A stretch of DNA of 64,000 nucleotides from NCBI GenBank assembly GCA_963714975.1, contig CAVQQD010000002.1, positions 640,001 through 704,000 on the forward strand, given 5' to 3'. A model generated the notes under the pieces. That model did not search any database. It was not told the origin of the DNA and saw nothing but the letters and a program-made list of their open reading frames with translations. Below are positions 1-11,416 of the stretch, piece by piece (position 1 is the first letter of the stretch; each line of letters begins with the position of its first letter). The DNA comes from an uncultured Gammaproteobacteria bacterium (lineage in GTDB: Bacteria; Pseudomonadota; Gammaproteobacteria; JAURND01). Position numbers and translations under genes: made by a program.

Positions 1-1029
1 CAGGCCTATGTGATGGCCATCGAGAAACTTTTAGGCGTTACTCCCCCCATCCGTGCCGAATATATTCGCACGATGTTTGCTGAAATTACCCGGATCTTGA
101 ATCATTTATTATGGCTAGGCGCACATGCGCTAGACCTTGGGGCGATGACCGTTTTTCTCTATTGCTTTCGTGAGCGCGAAGATTTGCTGGATTGTTATGA
201 AGCGGTTTCAGGCGCCAGGATGCACGCAACTTATTTTCGTCCCGGGGGCGTCTATCGAGATTTGCCGCAGAAAATGCCTGAATATAAGCCTGTTCCTTGG
301 CGTAGCCAACGGGATATGGCTGAAATTAACCGCAACCGCCAAGGTTCTTTGCTCGATTTTATTTGGGATTTTAGCGAGCGGTTTCCTAAGTTGCTTGATC
401 AATATGAAGAACTCTTAACCGAAAATCGCATTTGGAAGCAACGTACCGTCGGGATCGGGGTGGTGACTGCGGAGCGAGCCATCGAATTAGGCTTTACCGG
501 TCCCATGCTACGTGGTTCTGGAGTCGAGTGGGATTTACGCAAAACCCAGCCGTATAGTATTTATGAGCAGTTAGATTTTGCGATCCCGCTTGGAAAAGTC
601 GGCGACTGTTATGACCGTTATTTAGTGCGCATGGAAGAAATGCGTCAATCTAACGCTATGATTCGCCAATGTGTGCAATGGCTAGAACGAAATCCGGGTC
701 CAGTGATGATCGATGATCCGAAAATAGCCCCTCCAAAGCGGGAAGTAATGAAACGCGATATGGAAGCCATGATCCATCATTTTAAGCTATTTACTGAGGG
801 TTATTGCCTTCCCCCTGGCGAGGTGTATGCGGCGGTTGAGCAACCCAAGGGAGAGTTTGGTATTTACTTAATATCTGATGGGGCCAACAAACCGTATCGA
901 GTCAAGATTCGACCTGCAGGATTTCCTCATTTAGCCGCTCTGGATGAATTGTGTCGTGGTCATATGATTGCTGATGTTGTCGCTATTTTATCGAGTTTGG
1001 ATATTGTGTTTGGAGAGATCGATCGATGA
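1..1029 (+). CDS. nuoD: NADH-quinone oxidoreductase subunit D (5'-truncated by window)
   Basis: [27 protein letters not shown] and the C-terminal DIVFGEIDR motif; first gene of the nuo run. Confidence 0.97.
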   Translation, partial: QAYVMAIEKLLGVTPPIRAEYIRTMFAEITRILNHLLWLGAHALDLGAMTVFLYCFREREDLLDCYEAVSGARMHATYFRPGGVYRDLPQKMPEYKPVPWRSQRDMAEINRNRQGSLLDFIWDFSERFPKLLDQYEELLTENRIWKQRTVGIGVVTAERAIELGFTGPMLRGSGVEWDLRKTQPYSIYEQLDFAIPLGKVGDCYDRYLVRMEEMRQSNAMIRQCVQWLERNPGPVMIDDPKIAPPKREVMKRDMEAMIHHFKLFTEGYCLPPGEVYAAVEQPKGEFGIYLISDGANKPYRVKIRPAGFPHLAALDELCRGHMIADVVAILSSLDIVFGEIDR

Positions 1030-1544
1030 GTGAAGTGAAAGAATTGCTTATTTCTGCGCCCGTGCGCGCTGAAATAGAGCAATGGATGCGGAAATATCCG
1101 CCAGAACGTAAACGTTCGGCTCTGTTATTTGCCCTGCGTCGAGTCCAAGAACAAAATGGCGGTTGGTTAAGTGTGGAATTAATGGATGCGGTCGCTGATT
1201 TTTTAGAATTGCCGAAAATTGCTGTTTATGAAGTCGCTACTTTTTACAGCATGTATGATTTAAAACCGGTAGGCAGGCACAAAATTGATGTCTGTAATAA
1301 CATTTCCTGTATGCTCAATGATTCGGAAAAAATTATCGAACATCTTGAGCAACGTCTTGGGATTGGCGTGGGTGAAACTTCTGCCGATGGCTTATTTACT
1401 TTAAATGAGGTGGAATGTTTAGCGGCGTGTGTCCATGCGCCGGTATTACAGCTTGATGATACAGTTTATTATGAAAATATGAGCTTAGAAAAGGTTGATG
1501 CCTTGATTGATGAGATTCGGGCGGTGGAGGCAAAAGATGCCTAA
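1026..1544 (+). CDS. nuoE: NADH-quinone oxidoreductase subunit E
   Basis: VATFYSMY and the 2Fe-2S cysteines CNNISC and ECLAAC; operon position. Confidence 0.97.
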   Translation: MSEVKELLISAPVRAEIEQWMRKYPPERKRSALLFALRRVQEQNGGWLSVELMDAVADFLELPKIAVYEVATFYSMYDLKPVGRHKIDVCNNISCMLNDSEKIIEHLEQRLGIGVGETSADGLFTLNEVECLAACVHAPVLQLDDTVYYENMSLEKVDALIDEIRAVEAKDA

Positions 1545-2808
1545 TGCTGTTTGTTTTCGCAGCTTACATTTAGATCAGCCCTGGACTTTGCGAACTTATG
1601 AGAGTATTGGCGGCTATGCACAATGGCGCAAAATTCTCCGCGAAAAAACCCCACCAGAATCGATCATTGAGGAATTGAAAAAAGCTTCGTTGCGGGGGCG
1701 TGGTGGCGCTGGATTTCCTACAGGGTTGAAATGGAGTTTTATTCGACGTGATACGCCAGGACAAAAATATGTGTTATGTAATTCCGACGAAGGGGAACCT
1801 GGCACTTGTAAAGATCGGGATATTCTGCGTTATAACCCCCATCAAGTACTCGAAGGCATGGCGATTGCTGGCTATGTGATGGGTGCGACGATTGGTTATC
1901 ATTATTTGCGCGGTGAATTTTGGGAGATGTTTAATCGTTGCGAGCAAGCTTTGGAAGATGCGCGTGCCGCCGGTTTATTTGGTAAAAATATTTTAGGTTC
2001 TGGCATTGATTTTGATCTGCACCATCATTTGGGCGCGGGTGCGTATATTTGTGGTGAAGAAACCGCGTTGATGGAGTCTTTAGAAGGTAAAAAAGGTTTT
2101 CCACGTTTTAAGCCGCCTTTTCCTGCGACTTATGGCATTTATGGTTGCCCGACGACGGTAAATAACACCGAAACCTTTGCTTCGATTCCAGTGATTTTAG
2201 AAAAGGGCAGTGATTGGTTTTTGCAATTGGGTAAACCCAATAATGGTGGTGAAAAGATTTTTTGTGTCAGCGGTCATGTCAATAAACCTGGAAATTATGA
2301 GTTGCCCTTGGGCATTCCTTTTCCAGAATTGTTAGAAATTGCTGGCGGTGTTCGGCATGGACGGGCGCTGAAAGCGGTGATCCCAGGGGGTACTTCGATG
2401 AAAGTCCTGCCTGCGTCTATCATCATGCAGACCTCGATGGATTATGATAGCTTGATGCAGGCGGGGTCGATGATTGGTACCGCCGCTGTGATTGTGATGG
2501 ATGAAACCACTTGTATGGTGCGAGCGCTGAGAAATATTTCTACGTTCTACAAGAAGGAATCGTGTGGACAGTGTACGCCCTGCCGGGAGGGGAGTGGCTG
2601 GATTATGCGCATTGTTTGTCGGATTGAGGAAGGTCGAGGCGAACCCGACGATTTACAACGACTAGCTGAGGTGGCTAAAGGTATCGAGGGGCGCACCATC
2701 TGTGCTTTTGGTGAGGCCACTGCCTGGCCTGTGGCGGGATTTTTAAGGCATTTTTACGATGAATTCGAATATCATATTAAGCATAAAAAGTGTCTGACTC
2801 ATGATTGA
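1537..2808 (+). CDS. nuoF: NADH-quinone oxidoreductase subunit F
   Basis: [40 protein letters not shown]; ATG 1537 overlapping the nuoE stop preferred over 1507. Confidence 0.97.
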   Translation: MPNAVCFRSLHLDQPWTLRTYESIGGYAQWRKILREKTPPESIIEELKKASLRGRGGAGFPTGLKWSFIRRDTPGQKYVLCNSDEGEPGTCKDRDILRYNPHQVLEGMAIAGYVMGATIGYHYLRGEFWEMFNRCEQALEDARAAGLFGKNILGSGIDFDLHHHLGAGAYICGEETALMESLEGKKGFPRFKPPFPATYGIYGCPTTVNNTETFASIPVILEKGSDWFLQLGKPNNGGEKIFCVSGHVNKPGNYELPLGIPFPELLEIAGGVRHGRALKAVIPGGTSMKVLPASIIMQTSMDYDSLMQAGSMIGTAAVIVMDETTCMVRALRNISTFYKKESCGQCTPCREGSGWIMRIVCRIEEGRGEPDDLQRLAEVAKGIEGRTICAFGEATAWPVAGFLRHFYDEFEYHIKHKKCLTHD

Positions 2809-5248
2809 ACTTGAAATAGACGGTCGAAAACTAAGCGCCAGGCAAGGCGAAATGATTATCCAAGTGGCGGATGAGGCAGGGATTTATATTCCGCGCTTTT
2901 GTTATCATAAACATCTGTCTATTGCAGCTAATTGCCGGATGTGTTTAGTTGAAGTTGAAAAAGCTCCTAAAACTTTGCCTGCTTGTGCCACTCCAGTAGC
3001 AGCGGGTATGAAAGTATTTACCCAGTCGGAAAAAACTATAGAGTCGCAGAAAAATGTGATGGAGTTTTTGCTGATTAATCATCCTCTTGATTGCCCGATT
3101 TGCGACCAAGGTGGCGAGTGTGAGTTACAAGATTTATCCATGGGTTATGGTAAAGGAGTTTCCCGTTATAACGAAAGAAAGCGCTCGTTCAAAGACACGA
3201 ACTTAGGACCATTAATTTCCTCCGAAATGACGCGCTGTATCCAATGTACCCGCTGCGTCCGTTTTGGCGCTGAAGTGGCAGGAATGCGCGAATTAGGTGC
3301 TACCAATCGGGGCGAGGTGATGGAAATTGGCACTTATGTCGAGCATGTGATCCAATCCGAAGTCTCCGGTAATATCATTGATCTTTGCCCAGTTGGCGCA
3401 TTGACCTCTAAACCTTATCGATTTACTGCCAGAGCTTGGGAAATGAAACAGCATCCTGCTATTGCTCCTCATGATTGTCTTGGTTCTAATATTTTTATTC
3501 ATAGCCGTGGTGAAGAATATAGTCCAGTTCGTCAGGTGATGCGCGTAGTGCCGAGGGAAAACTCGAGTATTAACGAAGTGTGGTTGGCCGATCGTGATCG
3601 CTATAGTTATGAAGGAATTCATAGTGAAAATCGCGTCACTCAGCCATTAATTAAACAGGGGGGAGTGTGGCAAGAAACCTCCTGGGAACAGGCATTGCAG
3701 CATGTGGTGGAATACCTGCGAGCAGCCGGACCGACGCAGATGGGAGCTTTAATCAGCCCAAGTGCCACCGTGGAAGAGCACTATTTATTGCAGAAATTGC
3801 TGCGGGGAAGTGGTTGCCATAATATCGATCATCGTCTCCAACAAACTGATTTTAGCGATCAAGAATACAGCCCCCTCTACCCGTCCTTAGGATTACCTAT
3901 TGCGGAATTAGAACAATTAGAGGCATTTTTCTTGATTGGCGCTGATGTGCGGATGGAGCAGCCCTTAGCAAATATTCGCTTGCGTAAAGCAGCATTAAAA
4001 GGCGCAACGACTTTGCTGGCTAATCCGATGCATTATGACAGCAATTTTCCGGTGACCGAATCCTGGTTAGCGGCAGGGCCGGATTTAATTAATGTCTTGG
4101 CCAAAATACTGAAAGCACTGCAAGAACAATCAAGCTATCAACTGCCTGAATCACTACGCGTCTCGCTAGATTCCGTGACTCCTGGTGAGGTCGAACAGGC
4201 CGCAGCGACGAAATGGTTACAAGCAGAAAAAAAAGCAATTTTATTAGGTGCTTATGCTCTCAATCACCCCCAAGCTTCCCTAGTGCGGCACTTGAGTTAC
4301 GCTATTGCACAGTGTAGCCAGGCAAGCTGGGGGGTTTTTTCAACCGGGGCTAATAGTGCTGGTGCCCATCTGGCGGGTGCAGTGCCGCATCGCGGAGTAG
4401 ATGGTGAAAATTTAGCTAACCCTGGTCTTAATGCACGCAGCCTCTTTGAGAAGCCGTTACCGATTTATATCCTCTTCAATGTCGAACCCGAATTGGATTG
4501 TGCCGACTCTGCTGCTGCTCTGCGAGGGTTAAGTGCAGCAGATAAGGTGATTAGCCTAGCGACCCACCGAGGAGGCGCGATGGAGGAATATGCTGATGTG
4601 ATTTTACCGATTGCCAGTTTTGCAGAGAATTCAGGGACCTATGTTAATGCTGAAGGTTGCTGGCAATCGATGATAGCAGCGGTGTTACCGCTTGGTAAAG
4701 CGCTGCCAGGGTGGAGGTTATTAGCGAATTTAGGGAGTTTATTAGAATTACCGGGTTTTGATTATGTTGCCGCTGAAGTGGTGCGGGATGAACTGAAAGG
4801 GAAGTTGGAGAATATTAGTTTTGTGGATCCACTATCAGAGACGGCCGCGCTGAGCCGAAGGGGTGGCGCGTTGGGCAACCATGCCGCGCGCAGCGTGCGA
4901 GCACGGCAGGTGCCCGAGCGACAGGACCCCGTAGGCGGGGACCGGCTACGGCTCTTATATAGAATCACCGAATGGCCGATGTATCGGATAGACAGTATGG
5001 TTCGAAATGCAAAATCCTTGCAAGCAACCTTATCGGCAGAGCTTGCAGCCATACGCATTCATCCCCAATTGGCCAATGAATTACAGCTCAAAGCAGGGGA
5101 GTGGGTCACGGCAATTCAAGAGGGCAGCGAGGTGAAACTAAAATTAATCCTCGACGAGCGCATTGCTCCAGGGTATGTTGCTATTCCAGCCGGCCTTGAA
5201 GCCACCGCCGGATTTGGTGATGCGATGGGGGAGATTGAGTTAATGTAG
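2801..5248 (+). CDS. nuoG: NADH-quinone oxidoreductase subunit G, with a GC-rich in-frame insertion near 4840-4953
   Basis: [28 protein letters not shown] and [10 protein letters not shown] Fe-S motifs. Confidence 0.96.
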   Translation: MIELEIDGRKLSARQGEMIIQVADEAGIYIPRFCYHKHLSIAANCRMCLVEVEKAPKTLPACATPVAAGMKVFTQSEKTIESQKNVMEFLLINHPLDCPICDQGGECELQDLSMGYGKGVSRYNERKRSFKDTNLGPLISSEMTRCIQCTRCVRFGAEVAGMRELGATNRGEVMEIGTYVEHVIQSEVSGNIIDLCPVGALTSKPYRFTARAWEMKQHPAIAPHDCLGSNIFIHSRGEEYSPVRQVMRVVPRENSSINEVWLADRDRYSYEGIHSENRVTQPLIKQGGVWQETSWEQALQHVVEYLRAAGPTQMGALISPSATVEEHYLLQKLLRGSGCHNIDHRLQQTDFSDQEYSPLYPSLGLPIAELEQLEAFFLIGADVRMEQPLANIRLRKAALKGATTLLANPMHYDSNFPVTESWLAAGPDLINVLAKILKALQEQSSYQLPESLRVSLDSVTPGEVEQAAATKWLQAEKKAILLGAYALNHPQASLVRHLSYAIAQCSQASWGVFSTGANSAGAHLAGAVPHRGVDGENLANPGLNARSLFEKPLPIYILFNVEPELDCADSAAALRGLSAADKVISLATHRGGAMEEYADVILPIASFAENSGTYVNAEGCWQSMIAAVLPLGKALPGWRLLANLGSLLELPGFDYVAAEVVRDELKGKLENISFVDPLSETAALSRRGGALGNHAARSVRARQVPERQDPVGGDRLRLLYRITEWPMYRIDSMVRNAKSLQATLSAELAAIRIHPQLANELQLKAGEWVTAIQEGSEVKLKLILDERIAPGYVAIPAGLEATAGFGDAMGEIELM
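4840..4953. repeat. GC-rich palindromic repeat element inserted in frame in nuoG
   Basis: 4902-4937 is the reverse complement of intergenic 40198-40233 at 31/36 identity; gccgaaggg...caggaccc(c)gtaggc also shared with 40297-40330; boundaries approximate. Confidence 0.7.
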
Positions 5249-5340
5249 CCCCTTGTCCCCTCTCCCCCGCCAAAATCCCCCCTATCCCCTTTGCAAAAGG
5301 GGGGTAGGGGAGGGATTTGGAAGGTGGGAGAGGGGGTATA
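5249..5340. repeat. Intergenic palindromic repeat (CCCTCTCCC/GGGAGAGGG family with a nested CCCCTTTGCAAAAGGGG hairpin)
   Basis: Nested inverted repeats between nuoG and nuoH; family recurs throughout the window. Confidence 0.8.
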
Positions 5341-5357
5341 ATCTAGAGGTATAAACT

Positions 5358-6386
5358 TTGCTACAACAATTATTACTTATAATCTGGATAGTAATAAAAA
5401 TTCTGGTATTAGTACTCTGCTTGTTTGCTGCTGTCGCCTATTTAATGCTAGCGGAGCGCAAGGTTGTGGGCTATATGCAATGCCGCATTGGACCTAATCG
5501 GGTTGGGATCATGGGATTAGGCCAACCCATTGCTGATATCATTAAATTATTATGTAAAGAAATTATCATTCCTTCCGCTTCGAATCGTTATTTGTTTATT
5601 ATTGCCCCCATCTTAACTCTGGCTCCCGCAATGGTTGCTTGGGTAGTCATTCCTTTCGACCAAGGTTACGCGTTAGCCAATATCAATGCCGGACTGTTGT
5701 TTTTGTTCTCCATGACCTCACTTGGAGTTTATGGCATTTTAGTTTCGGGTTGGGCTGCCAACTCCAAGTATTCCTTATTTGGAGCCTTACGTGCTTCGGC
5801 GCAGACTATCTCTTATGAAATTCCGATGGGGTTTGCTTTGGTAGGAGTCTTACTAGCCGCCAATAGTATGAATTTGCAGGATATTGTTTTGAAGCAGAGC
5901 GGGGGAATTTGGCACTGGTTTTTCTTGCCCCTGTTGCCATTATTTGTGGCTTATTGGATTTCTGCTTTGGCAGAGACTAATCGCTTGCCCTTCGATGTGG
6001 CGGAAGGAGAATCCGAAATTGTGGCAGGATTTCATGTGGAATATTCTGGAATGTCCTTTGCGCTCTTTTTCTTAGCAGAATATGCTAACATGATTTTGAT
6101 TTCAGCCATTGCTTCGTTATTGTTCTTAGGTGGATGGTTATCTCCCTTCGAAGGGATCCCGATATTGGGGAACTTTTTTGCTTGGGTTCCTGGAATCATT
6201 TGGCTGTTGGGCAAAATGGCTATGTTTTTATTTCTTTATTTATGGATTCGCGCTACTTTTCCGCGTTATCGCTACGACCAAATTATGTATCTCGGCTGGA
6301 AGGTGTTAATCCCCGTCACTCTGATCTGGATTTTGCTGGTTGCGGCGGCAGTGCAATTCCAGGTACCCCCTTGGTTTATTGGTTGA
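5358..6386 (+). CDS. nuoH: NADH-quinone oxidoreductase subunit H
   Basis: [35 protein letters not shown]. Confidence 0.97.
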   Translation: MLQQLLLIIWIVIKILVLVLCLFAAVAYLMLAERKVVGYMQCRIGPNRVGIMGLGQPIADIIKLLCKEIIIPSASNRYLFIIAPILTLAPAMVAWVVIPFDQGYALANINAGLLFLFSMTSLGVYGILVSGWAANSKYSLFGALRASAQTISYEIPMGFALVGVLLAANSMNLQDIVLKQSGGIWHWFFLPLLPLFVAYWISALAETNRLPFDVAEGESEIVAGFHVEYSGMSFALFFLAEYANMILISAIASLLFLGGWLSPFEGIPILGNFFAWVPGIIWLLGKMAMFLFLYLWIRATFPRYRYDQIMYLGWKVLIPVTLIWILLVAAAVQFQVPPWFIG

Positions 6387-6393
6387 TTGAAAC

Positions 6394-6903
6394 ATGAACG
6401 TTGCAAATAAATTTCTCCATGTACTACTGCAGTGGCTCAAGCGCTTTTCGTTGTGGGAGTTATTTAAAGGGCTATCAGTGACCGGACGTTATTTTTTTAC
6501 TCCCAAGGTCACGATTCAATATCCTGAAGAAGAAACCCCGACTTCGCCGCGTTTCCGAGGGATGTTGGCCTTGCGTCGTTACCCCAATGGCGAAGAACGT
6601 TGCATTGCTTGTAAACTGTGTGAGGCAGTTTGCCCGGCTTTGGCCATTACGATTGAGGCTGAACCTCGTGAGGATGGTTCGCGTCGCACGACTAAATATG
6701 AAATTGATGTTTTCAAATGCATTAATTGTGGTTTCTGTGAGGAAGCCTGCCCCGTCGATGCGATTGTTTTAACGCGTGAAATGCATTATCACCAAGAAAA
6801 TCGTGGTGAAAATATTCAAACTAAAGAAAAATTATTGGCATTAGGGGATATGTATGAACAGCAAATCGCCGAAGATCGAAAGGATGACGGAGATTATCGT
6901 TGA
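6394..6903 (+). CDS. nuoI: NADH-quinone oxidoreductase subunit I
   Basis: Two CxxCxxCxxxCP ferredoxin motifs; ERCIACKLC. Confidence 0.97.
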   Translation: MNVANKFLHVLLQWLKRFSLWELFKGLSVTGRYFFTPKVTIQYPEEETPTSPRFRGMLALRRYPNGEERCIACKLCEAVCPALAITIEAEPREDGSRRTTKYEIDVFKCINCGFCEEACPVDAIVLTREMHYHQENRGENIQTKEKLLALGDMYEQQIAEDRKDDGDYR

Positions 6904-7502
6904 TGACGGTTTTAGAATTACTTTTCTATGGCTTTGCCGCCCTGGTGTTATTTTCAGCCGTGATGGTCATCACCTCACGCTATCCAGTGCGCGCGGTATT
7001 ATTTCTAGTGTTGACTTTTTTTGCCAGCGCTGTGCTATGGATGATGTTACACGCAGAATTTCTTGCTCTAGTGTTAATTTTTGTCTATGTCGGTGCTGTC
7101 ATGACCTTGTTTTTATTTGTGGTGATGATGTTAAATTTAGATATTGTGCCGCGACAAAAACAGTGGGTGAAATTCCTGCCGTTGGCGTTGTTGATTATTG
7201 GCGTACTGTTACTCCTCATGCTGTGGGCACTGCAGCCGCATTTCTTTTCTAATCAGGACTACCCTTGGATATCACAACCAGAAAATTACAGTAATGTTAA
7301 ACAGCTAGGGGCGCTGTTGTATACCGACTATATGTATCCGTTTGAATTAGCTGCAGCACTGCTTTTAGTGGCGATTATTGCGGCCATCAGTTTGGTATTT
7401 CGGGGCAAACATGGCAGTAAGGCTCAGTCAGTCAGTCAACAGGTTGCTACTCGCCCTCAGGATCGTCTCCGTATAACTAAACATCTGCAGAGAAAACGAT
7501 GA
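6900..7502 (+). CDS. nuoJ: NADH-quinone oxidoreductase subunit J
   Basis: [24 protein letters not shown]. Confidence 0.96.
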   Translation: MMTVLELLFYGFAALVLFSAVMVITSRYPVRAVLFLVLTFFASAVLWMMLHAEFLALVLIFVYVGAVMTLFLFVVMMLNLDIVPRQKQWVKFLPLALLIIGVLLLLMLWALQPHFFSNQDYPWISQPENYSNVKQLGALLYTDYMYPFELAAALLLVAIIAAISLVFRGKHGSKAQSVSQQVATRPQDRLRITKHLQRKR

Positions 7503-7804
7503 TTTCCTTGTCCCATTACTTAATATTGAGCGCGATCTTGTTTGTATTGAGTATGGCGGGTATTGTACTTAACCGCCGTAATTTAATTGTGCTGTTGATG
7601 TGTATTGAGCTGATGCTCTTAGCTGTTAATACTAATTTAATTGCCTTTTCACATTTTTTGCAAAATGAAAGTGGCGAAATATTTGTGTTTTTTATTTTAA
7701 CGGTGGCCGCGGCGGAATCAGCAATTGGATTGGCATTAATCGTGCTGTTTTTCCGCAATCGTGGCAGTATCCAAGTAGATGAAATGCGGTCCTTGAAAGG
7801 TTAA
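7499..7804 (+). CDS. nuoK: NADH-quinone oxidoreductase subunit K
   Basis: [23 protein letters not shown]. Confidence 0.97.
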   Translation: MISLSHYLILSAILFVLSMAGIVLNRRNLIVLLMCIELMLLAVNTNLIAFSHFLQNESGEIFVFFILTVAAAESAIGLALIVLFFRNRGSIQVDEMRSLKG

Positions 7805-7806
7805 AC

Positions 7807-9774
7807 ATGCAATCGGCTATTTATACTATTTCATTACTGATTATATTATTGCCGCTATTAGGAGCTGCGATTGCGGGAATTTTTGGCCACTTTATTGGTC
7901 GTGCCGCATCCCATTGGGTCACTATTTTGGGTGTGGCTTTATCTTTTATGGGTTCCATTTATTTATTTTATGCGATGGTATTAGGTGACGTCGCACCTAT
8001 GGATCGTTTTATTTATACCTGGGGGATTAGTGGCAGTTATTATTTGGGTGTAGGTATTTTAGTGGATCAATTGACAGCGGTGATGATCACTACGGTCACT
8101 TTTGTCTCTTTATTAGTCCACATTTACAGCATTGGTTATATGAAAGAGGATTCGGGATATCAGCGCTTTTTTGCGTACATGTCTTTATTTACCTTTTTTA
8201 TGCTGGTGTTGGTAATGGCCAATAATTTTTTACTATTATTTTTTGGCTGGGAAGGGGTGGGATTAGTTTCCTATTTGTTGATTGGCTTTTGGTTTCAACG
8301 AGAATCTGCTGCTCAGGGTGGCTTAAAAGCGTTTGTGGTCAACCGCGTCGGAGATTTTGGCTTTATTTTAGGTATTGCTGGCATTGTCGCTTATTTGGGG
8401 GTATTAGATTACCAAGAAGTATTTAGACGGGCACCTGAATTAATCAATGAGACTCTAGCCATTACTTCACATATTCATTGGTCCGTCATTACCGTCATTT
8501 GCTTGTTATTATTTGTCGGCGCCATGGGGAAGTCAGCGCAACTGCCGTTACATGTTTGGCTGCCAGAATCGATGGAAGGTCCCACGCCGATTTCTGCCTT
8601 AATTCATGCGGCTACCATGGTCACCGCGGGGGTGTATATGGTGGCTCGTCTTTCTCCATTGTTTGAATTGTCTGCAGTGGCTTTGAGTGTTGTGTTAGTG
8701 GTAGGCGCGAGTGGAGCGTTATTTTTAGGTATTGTTGCTTTGGTACAAAATGATATTAAACGCGTCATTGCCTATTCGACCATGTCGCAGTTAGGTTATA
8801 TGATGGCAGCCAATGGGGTGTCGGCTTTTTCTGCGGGCATATTTCATTTAGTCACCCATGCTTGTTTTAAAGCCTTATTATTCCTGGCGGCAGGTTCAGT
8901 GTTGATTGCTTTGCACCATGAACAAGATATGCGGCGCATGGGCGGGTTGCGCAAATACATGCCGGTCACTTATCTGATGTTTTTAATTGGGGCTTTGGCT
9001 TTAGCGGCTTTGCCTCCTTTTGCAGGCTTTTATTCAAAAGATGCCATTATTGAAGCAGTACAAAATGCCAATCTTCCGGGAGCACGATATGCTTATACCT
9101 GTCTACTCTGGGGCGCTTTCGTAACTGCCTTATATATTTTTCGTGCTTTTTTCTTAACTTTTCATACTCAAGAACGTTTTGATCCCCATTTACGTGAGCA
9201 GGTCCAAGAAACTTCAGCAGTGGTGCTGGTGCCCTTGATCGTTTTAGCGATTCCCTCCATGTTGTTGGGGATATTAATGGCGGAGCCAATGTTGTATAAC
9301 TTTTTTCCTTTGTTGGGAAATAGTGTTTTAGTATTGCCACAATATAATTTTTTTAGCCAAGTTATTGCTGAGTATCATGGCACATTAAATGCTGCGTTAA
9401 CCTCGGTTTTTCATTGGCCTTTTTGGTTTTCTGTAGCCGGAATTTTTGTCGCCTGGTTAAGTTATGTTCGTTTTCCTAAGTTCCCAGCTTGGTGTGCTGA
9501 ACGAGCGCGATTAGTCTATTTGATATTAGTGAATAAATATGGCTTTGATGCCTTCAATGACTGGTTATTTGTACGCGGAGGGCTTAAACTTAGCCACTTT
9601 TTCTTTGATTTTGCGGATGTAAAGTTAATTGATGGAATTCTTGTTGATGGTTCAGGACGCGAGGTTACTCGTCTTTCTGCCCTGTTGCGCCGTTTACAAT
9701 CGGGTTACCTCTACCATTATGCTTTAGCGATGGTGCTTGGGTTAATTTTATTTTTGGTATGGTTTTTTATCTAA
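7807..9774 (+). CDS. nuoL: NADH-quinone oxidoreductase subunit L
   Basis: GKSAQLPLHVWLPESMEGPTPISALIHAATMVTAG. Confidence 0.97.
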   Translation: MQSAIYTISLLIILLPLLGAAIAGIFGHFIGRAASHWVTILGVALSFMGSIYLFYAMVLGDVAPMDRFIYTWGISGSYYLGVGILVDQLTAVMITTVTFVSLLVHIYSIGYMKEDSGYQRFFAYMSLFTFFMLVLVMANNFLLLFFGWEGVGLVSYLLIGFWFQRESAAQGGLKAFVVNRVGDFGFILGIAGIVAYLGVLDYQEVFRRAPELINETLAITSHIHWSVITVICLLLFVGAMGKSAQLPLHVWLPESMEGPTPISALIHAATMVTAGVYMVARLSPLFELSAVALSVVLVVGASGALFLGIVALVQNDIKRVIAYSTMSQLGYMMAANGVSAFSAGIFHLVTHACFKALLFLAAGSVLIALHHEQDMRRMGGLRKYMPVTYLMFLIGALALAALPPFAGFYSKDAIIEAVQNANLPGARYAYTCLLWGAFVTALYIFRAFFLTFHTQERFDPHLREQVQETSAVVLVPLIVLAIPSMLLGILMAEPMLYNFFPLLGNSVLVLPQYNFFSQVIAEYHGTLNAALTSVFHWPFWFSVAGIFVAWLSYVRFPKFPAWCAERARLVYLILVNKYGFDAFNDWLFVRGGLKLSHFFFDFADVKLIDGILVDGSGREVTRLSALLRRLQSGYLYHYALAMVLGLILFLVWFFI

Positions 9775-9775
9775 A

Positions 9776-9801
9776 TCCCCTCTCCCGCTTGCGGGAGAGG
9801 G
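9776..9801. repeat. Short palindromic repeat CCCTCTCCCGCTTGCGGGAGAGGG
   Basis: Perfect hairpin between nuoL and nuoM. Confidence 0.8.
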
Positions 9802-9826
9802 ATGTCCAATTATTCTAAGGTATAGC

Positions 9827-11350
9827 ATGTCCCAATGGCCTTTATTGAGTCTATTAATTTGGCTCCCAGTATTGGGTGGCATCGTCATCCTGGTTGCAGC
9901 AGGAAATGATCGTCACGCCATGTGGGCACGTTTTATCGCCTTAATTTTTTCTTTCAGCAGTATTGCGCTCTGTGTTCCTTTGTATCTCAATTTTGACGAA
10001 AGCACTTACTTATTGCAATTTCAAGAAAGTATTAGCTGGATTCCGGCCTATGGAGTGAAATATTCACTCGGGGTTGATGGAATTTCCATGCCGTTAGTGC
10101 TACTGACCGTATTTACCACTTTGTTAGTGGTTTTCTCCTCTTGGGAGACAGTGCATAAAAAAGTCGCACAATATCTAGCTACTTTTTTGATTATGCAAGG
10201 CATGGTGATTGGGGTATTTTCTGCGACAGATTCTTTATTGTTTTATATTTTTTGGGAAGGAATGCTGATTCCGATGTATCTGAGTATTGGTATTTGGGGG
10301 AGTGATAATCGATCCTATGCCGCGATTAAATTTTTTCTGTTTACTTTTTTAGGTTCGGCTTTAATGTTGGTGGCCTTCCTATATTTGCGTATCAAGGTCA
10401 ACAGTTTTAACATTTTTGCATTTTATGATGTGCCACTGACTATGCAAGAACAAATCCTGCTCTTTGTGGCTTTTTTACTGTCATTTGCGGTCAAAATTCC
10501 GATGTGGCCAGTGCATACTTGGCTTCCCGATGCGCATACCGAAGCCCCGGCCGGAGGTTCAGTGGTGTTAGCAGCCCTGATGTTAAAAATGGGTGCTTAT
10601 GGTTTTTTACGTTTTACTCTGCCCATTGCTCCCGATGCTTCTCGTGCGTTGGATTGGCTGATGATCGTCTTATCATTAATTGCCATCGTCTATATTGGTT
10701 TTATTGCGATTGCCCAAACCGATATGAAAAAACTTATTGCTTATTCCTCAGTAGCTCATATGGGTTTTGTGACTCTGGGATGTTTCATGATTTATATCAT
10801 TATTGAACGCGCTGGAAACTATGATGCTGCATTCATGAGTTTAGAGGGTGCTTTGGTACAAATGATTTCCCATGCCTTTGGTTCTGGGGCGATGTTTTTG
10901 AGTTTTGGGATGTTATATGAACGCTTGCATACGCGTTTGATTTCGCACTTTGGCGGCATCGCACGACCGATGCCAGTTTTTGCGGCCTTTTTTATGATCT
11001 TTGCTCTTTCAAACGTTGGCTTGCCAGGAACCTCGGGATTTGTCGGCGAGTTTTTAATTATTTTAGCCAGCTTTAAAGGCAATGTTTGGGTTGCCTTATT
11101 TGCAGCGACTACCTTAATCATTGGTTCGATTTATACTTTGTGGATGTATAAGCGAGTTTTCTATGGCCCAATTGTTAATGAAGGCGTGGCCATGCTGAAG
11201 GATGTTAATTTTCTGGAAGTCGTTATTTTTGTGTTAACTGCGGGTGCAGTATTCTTTATTGGTTTATATCCGGGACCGTTACTGTCTATTTTTCATAGCA
11301 CAGTGGGTCATTTATTAGAAATCAGTATGCGATCAAAGCTCGTGATTTAA
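9827..11350 (+). CDS. nuoM: NADH-quinone oxidoreductase subunit M
   Basis: KIPMWPVHTWLPDAHTEAP, GLPGTSGFVGE. Confidence 0.97.
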   Translation: MSQWPLLSLLIWLPVLGGIVILVAAGNDRHAMWARFIALIFSFSSIALCVPLYLNFDESTYLLQFQESISWIPAYGVKYSLGVDGISMPLVLLTVFTTLLVVFSSWETVHKKVAQYLATFLIMQGMVIGVFSATDSLLFYIFWEGMLIPMYLSIGIWGSDNRSYAAIKFFLFTFLGSALMLVAFLYLRIKVNSFNIFAFYDVPLTMQEQILLFVAFLLSFAVKIPMWPVHTWLPDAHTEAPAGGSVVLAALMLKMGAYGFLRFTLPIAPDASRALDWLMIVLSLIAIVYIGFIAIAQTDMKKLIAYSSVAHMGFVTLGCFMIYIIIERAGNYDAAFMSLEGALVQMISHAFGSGAMFLSFGMLYERLHTRLISHFGGIARPMPVFAAFFMIFALSNVGLPGTSGFVGEFLIILASFKGNVWVALFAATTLIIGSIYTLWMYKRVFYGPIVNEGVAMLKDVNFLEVVIFVLTAGAVFFIGLYPGPLLSIFHSTVGHLLEISMRSKLVI

Positions 11351-11360
11351 GGATTATTAT

Positions 11361-11406
11361 TCCTTCTCCCCTTGTGGGAGAAGGTGCCGAAGGCGGATGA
11401 GGGGTG
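11361..11406. repeat. Palindromic repeat CCTTCTCCCCTTGTGGGAGAAGGTGCCGAAGGCGGATGAGGGG
   Basis: Near-identical copies at 47492-47538 and 58183-58227, and in reverse at 52771-52810 and 61591-61633. Confidence 0.85.
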
Positions 11407-11416
11407 AGTTATACCA

